Source of the DNA: Patescibacteria group bacterium
GTDB taxonomy: Bacteria > Patescibacteriota > Minisyncoccia > Phycocordibacterales > Zambryskibacteraceae
NCBI GenBank assembly: GCA_038058485.1
Contig: JBBUBA010000012.1
Span: 1-44,752 of the forward strand
Length of the DNA: 44,752 nucleotides
Direction of reading: 5' to 3'
Shown here one piece after another: positions 15,779 to 24,263 of the stretch. A model generated the notes under the pieces. The model did no database searches. It saw only the letters and a program-made list of their open reading frames with translations, and had not been told where the DNA came from. Each line of letters starts with the position of its first letter. The first letter of the stretch is position 1. Position numbers and translations under genes: made by a program.

Positions 15779-16971
15779 AAAAAGTAATCATAGTCACGCC
15801 TAGGTCACCCTTCCAGGGCAGAGGAGCAGATGAACAAGATCGTCTCTGTGGTATTGAGTGGTTCATCAACAATGGATATGGTGTACAGGTAATAACTAAG
15901 ACCTTTCCAAGCGATTTTCCTCACATCGAAGAATCAAAAAAACGTCTCAACATCTCTATTACTGGAATTTCTTACAAATATAGAGGCAAAAGATCTCTAG
16001 TAAGACTTTTGAGGCGTTTAGTGTGGCCTCCATACTGGGATGGGGCAGCATTTGAATATACTGATCGCGAAATACAAAATGAATTGAAAAAACAAATCGA
16101 AGAGTTCAAGCCTGACTTTGTTTGGTTTGACTATACCTATCTTTGGCCTCTGTATCACATACCTTTAAAAAAGAAGATTCCCATAATTACACGGTCAATA
16201 AATTTTGAACCCGATCATTTTCTTGATGAAGATGGTAGAACCCCACTCAACTATTTTCTGGTTTTGTTTAAGTATCTTAGTGAAATCACTTCGTTTAGAA
16301 AAAGTGCCCATTTTTTTTCCATAACACCTAAGGAGGAAAAAATTTATAGAAAATTTGGAAAAACATCATTAAGCACTTTGCCACTTAGGTCACTTTGCTC
16401 AAGACTTGAAGAGAGAGAGACTGTGTGTCATGAAGGCCTACACATTGGTTTTACGCCATCTACTTTTACTGTGAGTCATAATTTACAAGCCTTACTTTTT
16501 ATTATTCGTGACGTATATCCGCTTCTGCCAGAAGAAGTAAAAAAAATTACTACCATTCATGTTACTGGGAACAAGTTCCCAGAATCACTAAAAATTGAAC
16601 TTCCTAAATCTGTCAAATACGATGGATTTGTACCAAACTCTATCGATTTTTGGAAAGCTATGGACATTTCTTTTTCCCCATCTTTATTTGGTGCGGGCAT
16701 GCAGCAAAAAATTTTTGAGCCCATAGCTCTTGGTGTTCCAACTATCACTTCCAAAAGAGGTCTAGCTGATTATCCATTTGAATGTGGTGTACATGTTGTG
16801 TGTGCAAGTTCTAAAGAAGAAGTGGTCAGTGCAATAATTGGTTTGTATAATAACAAAGCGAAAGCACAGTCTATATCAAGAGAGGCTCAGAAACTTTCAA
16901 GACATTTTTTCTCAAAAACTCGAATAGATTGGATACTTAAAAATGGCATAAGATCATCTACAAAAAAATAG
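15775..16971 (+). CDS. Glycosyltransferase-like protein (GT-B fold)
   Basis: MKKVIIVTPRSP start in an ATGA overlap with the asnB stop. C-terminal GAGMQQKIFEPIALGVPTITS. Confidence 0.6.
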   Translation: MKKVIIVTPRSPFQGRGADEQDRLCGIEWFINNGYGVQVITKTFPSDFPHIEESKKRLNISITGISYKYRGKRSLVRLLRRLVWPPYWDGAAFEYTDREIQNELKKQIEEFKPDFVWFDYTYLWPLYHIPLKKKIPIITRSINFEPDHFLDEDGRTPLNYFLVLFKYLSEITSFRKSAHFFSITPKEEKIYRKFGKTSLSTLPLRSLCSRLEERETVCHEGLHIGFTPSTFTVSHNLQALLFIIRDVYPLLPEEVKKITTIHVTGNKFPESLKIELPKSVKYDGFVPNSIDFWKAMDISFSPSLFGAGMQQKIFEPIALGVPTITSKRGLADYPFECGVHVVCASSKEEVVSAIIGLYNNKAKAQSISREAQKLSRHFFSKTRIDWILKNGIRSSTKK

Positions 16972-16972
16972 A

Positions 16973-18073
16973 ATGAAACTCTACTATTTAGCAAATGTCA
17001 GGCTACCGACAGAGAAGGCTCACGGCATACAGATAATGAAGATGTGTGAAGCGTTCGCCAACCAACACCTTGATGTGGAACTGATAGTACCAAACCGGAA
17101 AACTCCAATAACTGATGATCCGTTTGTATACTATAATGTTAAGAACAATTTTAAAATTAAGAGACTCTGGTCGTTCGATCTAGTTCGTTTTGGTCGCATA
17201 GGTTTCTGGGTACAATCCATTACTTTTGCTGAAGTTGCTACGTGGTATCTCCTTATGAGGAAGGGATTATTATATACCCGTGATGAGTTGCTAGCAGTGT
17301 CTCTCTGTTCAATCGGTAGGCGAGTGACTTGGGAAGCACATATGGGGCAAAAAAACCTTCTGGTAAAGTTTCTTACAAAGATCGGGGTAAGGTTTGTTGT
17401 TATTAGTCACGGGCTTAGAGATTTCTATATTAGCTTTGGCGTGCCCGAAAACAAAATCCATGTCGCACCAGATGCGGTAGATATGGGACAATTTTCAACA
17501 ACTGTTACACGTAAGCAATCGAGACAAGGATTAGATCTTCCAATTGACCAAAAAATTGTTATGTATATAGGCCTTCTTGATGAGTGGAAGGGTTACAGAG
17601 TACTTCTTAATGCGTCGAGGTACTTAGAGAAAAAAAATATTCAGGTTGTGGTTATTGGTGGAAGGCACGAGCAAATTGAGGAGTTAAAATCGGATTATCC
17701 ACATGTAAATTTTCTTGGCTATCGGCCTTACAATGAATTGCCACAACATCAAAAGGCAGCGAATATTCTTGTGATACCGAATTCTTCTGAAACTGTAATT
17801 TCAAGTTATTATACCTCACCGTTAAAACTATTTGCACACATGGCAAGTGGAGTACCAATTATTGCTTCTGATCTGCCGTCACTTCGTGAGATTCTTGATG
17901 ATTCTTCAGCTTATTTTTTTAAAGCAGATGACCCAAAGGATTTGGCACGAATAATAAACGGAATTTTCCTTGAGCCAAATATGGCAGAGGCAAAGGCAAG
18001 AAGAGCATTTGAGAAAGTAAAAAATTATTCGTGGAACAAACGTGCAGAAAACATTCTAAAGTTTATTTGCTGA
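16973..18073 (+). CDS. Glycosyltransferase, GT4 family
   Basis: SPLKLFAHMASGVPIIASDLPSLREIL in the C-terminal domain. Last gene of the plus-strand run. Confidence 0.8.
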   Translation: MKLYYLANVRLPTEKAHGIQIMKMCEAFANQHLDVELIVPNRKTPITDDPFVYYNVKNNFKIKRLWSFDLVRFGRIGFWVQSITFAEVATWYLLMRKGLLYTRDELLAVSLCSIGRRVTWEAHMGQKNLLVKFLTKIGVRFVVISHGLRDFYISFGVPENKIHVAPDAVDMGQFSTTVTRKQSRQGLDLPIDQKIVMYIGLLDEWKGYRVLLNASRYLEKKNIQVVVIGGRHEQIEELKSDYPHVNFLGYRPYNELPQHQKAANILVIPNSSETVISSYYTSPLKLFAHMASGVPIIASDLPSLREILDDSSAYFFKADDPKDLARIINGIFLEPNMAEAKARRAFEKVKNYSWNKRAENILKFIC

Positions 18074-18087
18074 ACATCATTATATTA

Positions 18088-18118
18088 AAAGCCACCAAAC
18101 TCTGTGGTGTGGTGGCGT
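18088..18118. terminator. Bidirectional hairpin terminator
   Basis: GCCACCA-N12-TGGTGGC flanked by AAAA on the plus-strand 5' side, which reads as TTTTAATATAAT downstream of the hairpin on the minus strand. Positions approximate. Confidence 0.55.
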
Positions 18119-18138
18119 GTTGGAAAGTCACTGTAACA

Positions 18139-19356
18139 TTAGAGAAAGTGGTCGCCACGATCAGGTAGAGGGACAACAATCTGATCATCGCTTCTAATCA
18201 ATTCCTCCAACCACCAGTTAGCAGGGTTGTAAAGACAAGTGATCTCCGCACACTCCGAGGAAGCGTCGAAATCCTCGAGCATTATGCTTAGTGCTCGATG
18301 GGTTTCGATCTGGTGCGAAGTGGTGTAGGCGTCCTTTCCTGCCACCCGGGCGTTCTCTACTCCACGCTTGGCCGGACAGTGGAAGACTCCCAGAGGCGAA
18401 AGAACTTGCCGAAAGGCCATCATGTGGCAAGTCTTCGGTTGCCGGGTAAACTCGCGCCAGTTTCCTGTCATGAGAACTCGGAGGTTAGTACTTTCAAGAA
18501 CGAGGAATCTCTCATCCTCAAGAGTTTTCGCCTCCAAAACAGCCGCGGAGATCTGATCGAGAGTCTTCTCCGTGTTAACCATGACGCTAGGATCCATCAC
18601 TTCCGCTCCATCCTGGAAACGAGTCAGGAACGGTTTGAAGGAAATGTAACTGAATCCGCTTTGCTTCGCGAGTCTTGTAGCTCCCACGATCTCGTGAATG
18701 TTTGAAACGACATTGACCCCCTCCGTGCGCTCGGCTCCATCCCACACAATGATGTAGGAAAAACCGATTTGAACTTCCGGATTTGCAGAGCGGATTCTAG
18801 GCACCCAGGAGCAAATACCCTCGAGGTTGACAGCCTTACTTCGCGGATTGTGCATCCTCTGGAAGGTATCGTTCGTGCCCGAATCGAGTGAAAATCGAAT
18901 CCAGTCTCCACTTGAGAGTACTTGGACGGTTCTCTCTAGTACGTCGCCTCGAGACCCGTTTGTGACGATCCCGATCTTGACGTCACGCTCTTTGAGAAAA
19001 CGAACAGTTTCTTCAAACTTGGGATGGACAGTCGGTTCACCCCCACCGATGAGGATGACACTTCGGAGCCCACCCTGGGCCATGTTGTTGAGGGACTCGA
19101 AAAGCTCCGAATTGACATAATTCACACCGGTATTCAGTTTGTCCCAGTCGATGCAGTGACCACAGGCGTAATTGCAGGCCGTGGTCAAATCTAGGTTGAT
19201 AGAGACAAGCCTGATCTGAGGCATGGGCGGTGTCTCTTCGCCGGCAAGACGTGCTTTTCGAACAGCTCTTTGCCACTCGATGTATCTCTGAACTTCAGGA
19301 AGCAACTCTCCTTGCCGTAATTTGGCGGCAAAGTTGTGCTTGGGTGCGATGTTCAT
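18139..19356 (-). CDS. Radical SAM enzyme with C-terminal auxiliary-cluster (twitch/SPASM-like) Cys pattern, function unknown
   Basis: CNYACGHC (CX3CX2C), GGGEPT glycine-rich motif, and C-terminal C-x12-G-x3-C ... C-x4-C. GC-rich. GGAGGTGGT lies immediately upstream of the ATG. Confidence 0.85.
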   Translation of the reverse strand: MNIAPKHNFAAKLRQGELLPEVQRYIEWQRAVRKARLAGEETPPMPQIRLVSINLDLTTACNYACGHCIDWDKLNTGVNYVNSELFESLNNMAQGGLRSVILIGGGEPTVHPKFEETVRFLKERDVKIGIVTNGSRGDVLERTVQVLSSGDWIRFSLDSGTNDTFQRMHNPRSKAVNLEGICSWVPRIRSANPEVQIGFSYIIVWDGAERTEGVNVVSNIHEIVGATRLAKQSGFSYISFKPFLTRFQDGAEVMDPSVMVNTEKTLDQISAAVLEAKTLEDERFLVLESTNLRVLMTGNWREFTRQPKTCHMMAFRQVLSPLGVFHCPAKRGVENARVAGKDAYTTSHQIETHRALSIMLEDFDASSECAEITCLYNPANWWLEELIRSDDQIVVPLPDRGDHFL

Positions 19357-19443
19357 ACCACCTCCAATTGGTTGGGGTACAGGTCTAATGTAAGATTAGC
19401 ATTAAGCTAGCCAAGAAACAATTTTCAGTATAATGGGAAGAAA

Positions 19444-20124
19444 TTATCTAGTCTCAAGGATTTGGACACGCTCTGGTTTAGGTGTAGGGGCACGGAGAAT
19501 ACGCGCCAAGCGATAGGTGTATTGGCCCTGCCACAGTTCTAGAATTTGCACGGCAACCTCTTGTGGGAGCATGAAGGGAGTAGTGTCGCGATCCGTTCCC
19601 GACCAGAAATTGGTATTCATGCCAGCAGGTCCGACCACCAGAGTCTTTTTAATTCGTTTATCGAGAGAAACAGATTGCGCAAGCATGGCAAGCCCCGCCT
19701 TTACTGCAGAGTAAACAGGTTCAGTTTCCCGTGGGATCCATTGAGACGTCGAAGTGATGACGATCAATCCAGCGAGGGATCCTTGTTTCCTAATAATTCG
19801 CTGCAGGATAAGTGCGGGGGCTGTGATACCGACATTAACCATCTGGGCTATGTGATTATCGGAGAGCTCGGCAATCTGTCCATTTTCAAAAAATCCAGCC
19901 GCATATACAAGCAAATCAATAACAGGAAGCGTGGCTAGCATCTTGTCTAGATCGCTTCTAAGATGACTTAGATCTTCCGTAATGTTAAATTCCAAGAACA
20001 CTAGTCCTTGCGAAACAAGTTTGGGGGATCTGCCTGTGGTGTATATGCTGGCCCCTTTTTCCAAGAGTTTTGTTCCGATTTCTAAACCGAGGCCAGAGCT
20101 CCCTCCGACGATAAGCACATTCAT
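19444..20124 (-). CDS. Short-chain dehydrogenase/reductase (classical SDR)
   Basis: MNVLIVGGSSGLGLEIG cofactor motif and YSAVKAG (YxxxK). Start chosen at 20124, with TATCAT plus 6 nt upstream; the track ORF extends to 20190. Confidence 0.8.
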   Translation of the reverse strand: MNVLIVGGSSGLGLEIGTKLLEKGASIYTTGRSPKLVSQGLVFLEFNITEDLSHLRSDLDKMLATLPVIDLLVYAAGFFENGQIAELSDNHIAQMVNVGITAPALILQRIIRKQGSLAGLIVITSTSQWIPRETEPVYSAVKAGLAMLAQSVSLDKRIKKTLVVGPAGMNTNFWSGTDRDTTPFMLPQEVAVQILELWQGQYTYRLARILRAPTPKPERVQILETR

Positions 20125-20147
20125 AAGATTATGATAGCATTGAAAAT

Positions 20148-21299
20148 ATGTTACAGCGATTCTACAATGTCCTGTTCCTTTCTTCGTCATTCCTCGTTTC
20201 TATTTTTTTAGGTAAAGCCAATCGAGGGAACGTGGCCCCTCAAGTAGTTTTGATCGGGCAACTTGCGAAGCTTGGAGACATGGTTTGCACTACTCCCATG
20301 TTTCGAGCAGTTAAGAAGAAGTATCCAAAATGTAGATTAATCGTTGTTGGTCTTAGTGGAAACGAGGAACTTTTAAGAGGAAATTCGGATGTGGATGAAT
20401 ACCTAGCTTATACAGGTAACCCTTTCTCGTTATTGAAAAGGATAAGGAAGAGTGAATGTGATTTCGCCTGTATAGCTACACCAAATTTTGTTTTTCTTGC
20501 TCTTTTGTATTTGTCTGGAATTCCTCTGATTGCCGTACCTACAATAGTAAACGGCTTCAGTCCTTACGAAACTCGCTCCTATAAATTACTTCGAAATCTG
20601 GTAGCCACAGCTCCTCACAGTATGGGTTCCTATGCATCTAGGGAATATTTGCGCCTCCTCGAGTTAATTGGTATTACGGATCGTGACACGACAAAGCATC
20701 TCGTCTTTTCTAGGCAGGCTAGTGAACGTATAGATACTTTTTTGGGCACAATTGAAGTCCTTAAAAATGATTTTGTTGTTGGGATTACTCCCGGAGCAGG
20801 CAATAAATTAAAGCAGTGGCCACCTGAACGATTTGCTAGACTTTCTGATTATCTTATTCAACAATATAATGCAAGGATTATAATAATTGGGTCAAGAGGG
20901 GACATGGAAGAAGGAAAAGAGATGCTCAGTTTCTTAAAAAACAAGGATGGAGTAACTGACACTGTAGGTAATTTTTCAATAGATGAGTTGAAAGCCTTGG
21001 TTTCCAAGCTCAGTTTGTTTATAGGTGTTGATACGGGACCCATTTATATCGCAGAAGCTTTTGGGGTGCCTACTATTGATATCATTGGTCCAATGGATGA
21101 ACATGAACAGCCGCCGAGAGGAAGACTTAATGAAATCGTTGTTGCGGAAAGACTACAGCCAGTAATGCATATAATGAATGCAAGACAACTAGATGAGGTC
21201 GAAGCTAGACGACAGGTCGAAGCTATTACTGTTGAAATGGTAACTAAGGCAGTCGACAGAGTTTTGTCTCAACTAAATTTCAACCAAGAACGAGTTTGA
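20148..21299 (+). CDS. Glycosyltransferase family 9 (heptosyltransferase-like)
   Basis: LGDMVCTTPMFRAVKKKYP, GAGNKLKQWPPERF and IGVDTGPIYIAEAFGVPTIDIIGP match the GT9 pattern. There is a ~30-aa hydrophobic N-terminal extension, so the start is uncertain. Confidence 0.8.
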   Translation: MLQRFYNVLFLSSSFLVSIFLGKANRGNVAPQVVLIGQLAKLGDMVCTTPMFRAVKKKYPKCRLIVVGLSGNEELLRGNSDVDEYLAYTGNPFSLLKRIRKSECDFACIATPNFVFLALLYLSGIPLIAVPTIVNGFSPYETRSYKLLRNLVATAPHSMGSYASREYLRLLELIGITDRDTTKHLVFSRQASERIDTFLGTIEVLKNDFVVGITPGAGNKLKQWPPERFARLSDYLIQQYNARIIIIGSRGDMEEGKEMLSFLKNKDGVTDTVGNFSIDELKALVSKLSLFIGVDTGPIYIAEAFGVPTIDIIGPMDEHEQPPRGRLNEIVVAERLQPVMHIMNARQLDEVEARRQVEAITVEMVTKAVDRVLSQLNFNQERV

Positions 21300-22131
21300 G
21301 CAGATCTGTCCTAACATTTTTGTTCTCTACTGCTTTTGTGATCTCTTTCATAGTTATCGCGCCCGCTTGGTATGATTCTTTTATTAAATCAATGAAAAAT
21401 TGTTCCACATTTTTATTTGGATGAGGAAGATAGTGGGTTGGATATTTGCCGAGAAGTTTATGTATTGGCTCGCGGGGAATAATGCCGAATATTTTTGGTA
21501 AAGGGTTGATGGTGAAGTCTATTTGGAGGCCGGTTTTCCAAGGTTGAGTGAGTCTATTTGTTGTGTGTAGCATGTGTGTGTCCTTATCTAGCTTATCTAG
21601 ACTATTCCAGTCTCTAGAGAGCTCTTTAATTTCTGGTTCGAATTTAAGACTCATTATGTCAATGTAATCTGTCTGCTTTTTTTCTAAGGCGCTTAAAAAA
21701 TCTTTTATTTTCCAATGTTTGAGTTTGCTGTTGTCCATCACCATTACACTGGTATCCCAAGCATCTTTTTTCCTACAAGCAGCAAGAGGCTTACCTTGGA
21801 GATCCATGTTCATAAGAGGGGAGATATCACCGATAGCGAAGATATCTGGGTCGATAACTATTGAACGTCCTTCATACTTCATTTTTTCTGGAGGCATGAA
21901 GCGGGAGAGGGTGAAGGATTGTAAATCATTTGGGTCATAAGAGATCTCTCTACCACCTCTCAAGTATCTCTTGCCGGCAAAATTCTTAAATTCCTGAAGA
22001 TCGTCGACATTCAGGATTTCAATTTTTATCAGAGAATCTTTTGGCAGATGTTTTTCTATGGCGAATTTAGCTAGTAGTGCTCCCAGACCTTGTTTGTCGT
22101 TTGTATGAATGAAGATTTTGTTCACACGCAT
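21280..22131 (-). CDS. GT8-like nucleotide-diphospho-sugar glycosyltransferase (tentative)
   Basis: LSRFMPPE...SIVIDPDIFAIGDISPL resembles the GT8 DxD region. No other recognisable motif. Confidence 0.55.
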   Translation of the reverse strand: MRVNKIFIHTNDKQGLGALLAKFAIEKHLPKDSLIKIEILNVDDLQEFKNFAGKRYLRGGREISYDPNDLQSFTLSRFMPPEKMKYEGRSIVIDPDIFAIGDISPLMNMDLQGKPLAACRKKDAWDTSVMVMDNSKLKHWKIKDFLSALEKKQTDYIDIMSLKFEPEIKELSRDWNSLDKLDKDTHMLHTTNRLTQPWKTGLQIDFTINPLPKIFGIIPREPIHKLLGKYPTHYLPHPNKNVEQFFIDLIKESYQAGAITMKEITKAVENKNVRTDLLKLVLG

Positions 22132-22144
22132 ATATTAGCAAATT

Positions 22145-22180
22145 TAAAAACATAAGAAAAAGCCGCCCTTTTGGGGACGG
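22145..22180 (-). terminator. Intrinsic terminator of the second radical SAM gene
   Basis: Minus strand reads GCCGTCCCCAAAAGGGCGGC followed by TTTTTCTT. Positions approximate. Confidence 0.65.
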
Positions 22181-22187
22181 CCGACAT

Positions 22188-23150
22188 CTAGTACAGGGCA
22201 CAAGTTTCGCAGGCGGTGCCCTTGACGTTTCCATCAAGATGCGCTTGACGGAGGTTTTGGAAAGCGATGCTGTGCCAACCTTCTTCGAGGGAAACCTTGT
22301 TGAGATCTGCCATGGTCCATGAACCATTGGCATCAAAACAGCAAGCTGTGAGCATCCCACAAGAGGTGATGTGAGCCTCTGTGAAGACTGCCCAGCAAGG
22401 GATTGGATCGACGAGTCCACCGATCCTACCTTGGTTACCAGCTGTCGGTTTGATCCCGAGTTCCACCTCCCTCGCAATCGGTGATCCACCCATTGTGTAC
22501 GGAGGCAGTTCATAGGTGTGGTCGACGAACGGATCAACACGCTCCTCAAAAAACTTGATCATCCTCTCATGCTGTTCATCGTTGTAGCGAATTCTTGAAG
22601 CAGAGAGCTCACAGCGGTGTCCTGTTCGGTCGAGAATCTCATCTCGAATGTCCTTGGCCGCTTCGATGTTTTGTATGGCCATGTGGAAAAGCCGTTCAGG
22701 TCTCGCCGTTACTTCAGCGAACTGCTCTGGAGAGTCGTTGTTGACACTCCATTTGAGAGAAGTCAGTCCCGCTTCGATGACAGCTCGCACCTTTTCTGGT
22801 GTGGAAATCGTGGCATTCGAAGTCAAGAATCGGCCTTCAAATCCAAGCTCAGTCGCGAGCTTGATTGCAGGAATCAGAACTTCCATGGCGGTGAAAGACT
22901 CACCGATATAGAAGAACCCAATTTCCTTGATACCGAAGTCATGGCATTCTCTGATCATCCGCTCGAGAAATGACCACTCCATCGGCTTGGTCGGTTGTGA
23001 CTCCCGCTTTGTGAGAGCACAGAAACCACACCGAAGGTTGCAGATGCCGGTAACCTCTATCTTGACAGATTGAGGGGGTGGTGGCTTGGGACTACGGTGA
23101 GAGATGGGGATTTGTGCTACTCGGTCGATACGCTCTGTGATGGTGGGCAC
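22188..23150 (-). CDS. Radical SAM enzyme with truncated SPASM/twitch-like C-terminus, function unknown
   Basis: CNLRCGFC (CX3CX2C). C-terminal CWAVFTEAHITSCGMLTACC ... CETC. GTG start preceded by AAGGAG plus 5 nt. GC-rich. Confidence 0.85.
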   Translation of the reverse strand: MPTITERIDRVAQIPISHRSPKPPPPQSVKIEVTGICNLRCGFCALTKRESQPTKPMEWSFLERMIRECHDFGIKEIGFFYIGESFTAMEVLIPAIKLATELGFEGRFLTSNATISTPEKVRAVIEAGLTSLKWSVNNDSPEQFAEVTARPERLFHMAIQNIEAAKDIRDEILDRTGHRCELSASRIRYNDEQHERMIKFFEERVDPFVDHTYELPPYTMGGSPIAREVELGIKPTAGNQGRIGGLVDPIPCWAVFTEAHITSCGMLTACCFDANGSWTMADLNKVSLEEGWHSIAFQNLRQAHLDGNVKGTACETCALY

Positions 23151-23281
23151 AGGAACTCCTTTTTGTTGGTTGTCAAAGATGGTCTAGAAGGATAATACAG
23201 TATCTGGTAATTATTCTCAAGAAAAGTCCTACAAATTTAGGGTATGTTGCTTAGACGGTCTTGAGGGGTATAATGTCGCTA

Positions 23282-24256
23282 ATGAGCAAAGATAAGGGTT
23301 CTTTAGATAGAGCCCGGTTCACCCTTGAACAAGAAATATCGTCCATCATTCGTTTAAAAAAAACGATAAAAACCAACTTGGGTAAGGCCATAGCCATTCT
23401 TCGAAGTAGAAAAGGAAAGATTATCTTAACAGGTATTGGGAAATCTGGATTTATTGGCATGAAGATTTCCGCGACATTTACAAGCATGGGTAACCCTGCC
23501 GTTTTTTTGCACCCGGTAGAAGCTCTACACGGTGATACTGGAATGGTGTCTGATGGGGATGTGGTTATTGCTGTGTCCTTTTCTGGCAATTCTCGGGAAG
23601 TTGTAAGAATAGTAAAGTATCTAAAAAAGGAGTTTGCTATTAAGACTATATCTATAACTGGTAATAGGAGGTCACTACTGGCAAGAATTTCTGACGCTAA
23701 TATTGTTTTGAATGTACAAAAAGAAGGTAGTCCGTATGGTATGGCACCTATGGCCAGTACGACCACTTCTCTTGTCATTGGAGACATGTTGGTTTCTGCC
23801 ATTACTTCGCTCAGAAACTTCAAAAAATCAAATTTTGCAAAGCTTCATCCTAGTGGTTCTTTGGGTCTGGAATTTAAAACGGTAAAAAGTTACATGACTC
23901 CGAGGAAAGAAGTTCCTGTTGTGGTTGAAAAAGCAGATTCTAGAATGATGATTAATAAAATGAATAATAAGCATCCTGGAGTTGTCGCTGTGGTGAATTC
24001 AAGTGGCAAATTGACGGGAGTGGTTACAGATGGTGATGTTAGAAGGTTTCTGGTTTCTGGCAGAGAGATAGGAACTGCCAGAGTTAAGGAAATAATGACC
24101 AAGAATCCAAAAAAAATAAGAGAAACTAGCTCCTTGAAAACAGCTTTATCTACCATGGAAGATTTTAGAATAACGAGCTTGTTTGCGGTAGATAGTCGTA
24201 ATAAGCTGAAGGGAATTATTCATATACATGATATTGTTGGTGGAGTGATCATATAA
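23282..24256 (+). CDS. kpsF: KpsF/GutQ-family sugar-phosphate isomerase (SIS domain plus CBS pair), arabinose-5-phosphate isomerase-like
   Basis: GIGKSGFIGMKISATFTSMGNPAVFLHPVEALHGDTGMV followed by two CBS repeats. Start chosen 7 nt after TATAAT (23269-23274); the track starts at TTG 23261. Confidence 0.85.
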   Translation: MSKDKGSLDRARFTLEQEISSIIRLKKTIKTNLGKAIAILRSRKGKIILTGIGKSGFIGMKISATFTSMGNPAVFLHPVEALHGDTGMVSDGDVVIAVSFSGNSREVVRIVKYLKKEFAIKTISITGNRRSLLARISDANIVLNVQKEGSPYGMAPMASTTTSLVIGDMLVSAITSLRNFKKSNFAKLHPSGSLGLEFKTVKSYMTPRKEVPVVVEKADSRMMINKMNNKHPGVVAVVNSSGKLTGVVTDGDVRRFLVSGREIGTARVKEIMTKNPKKIRETSSLKTALSTMEDFRITSLFAVDSRNKLKGIIHIHDIVGGVII

Positions 24257-24263
24257 AGACTTT

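Noticed and set aside
18218-23000. Numerous antisense or alternate-frame ORFs within the radical-SAM and SDR genes (e.g. 18298..18705, 18827..19120, 19546..19938, 22067..22549, 22617..22973)
   Set aside because: This is the expected by-product of locally high GC (fewer stop codons). The annotated frames carry CX3CX2C, GGGEPT and YxxxK motifs; the alternatives carry none.
7612-23150. RiPP hypothesis: the 62-aa peptide as a substrate of the two SPASM/twitch-like radical SAM enzymes
   Set aside because: The peptide is over 10 kb away on a separate transcription unit. It has no Cys or recognisable leader/core organisation, and no peptidase/exporter pairing typical of RiPP loci is adjacent. The glycan context fits a sugar substrate better. 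Not excluded, only unsupported.
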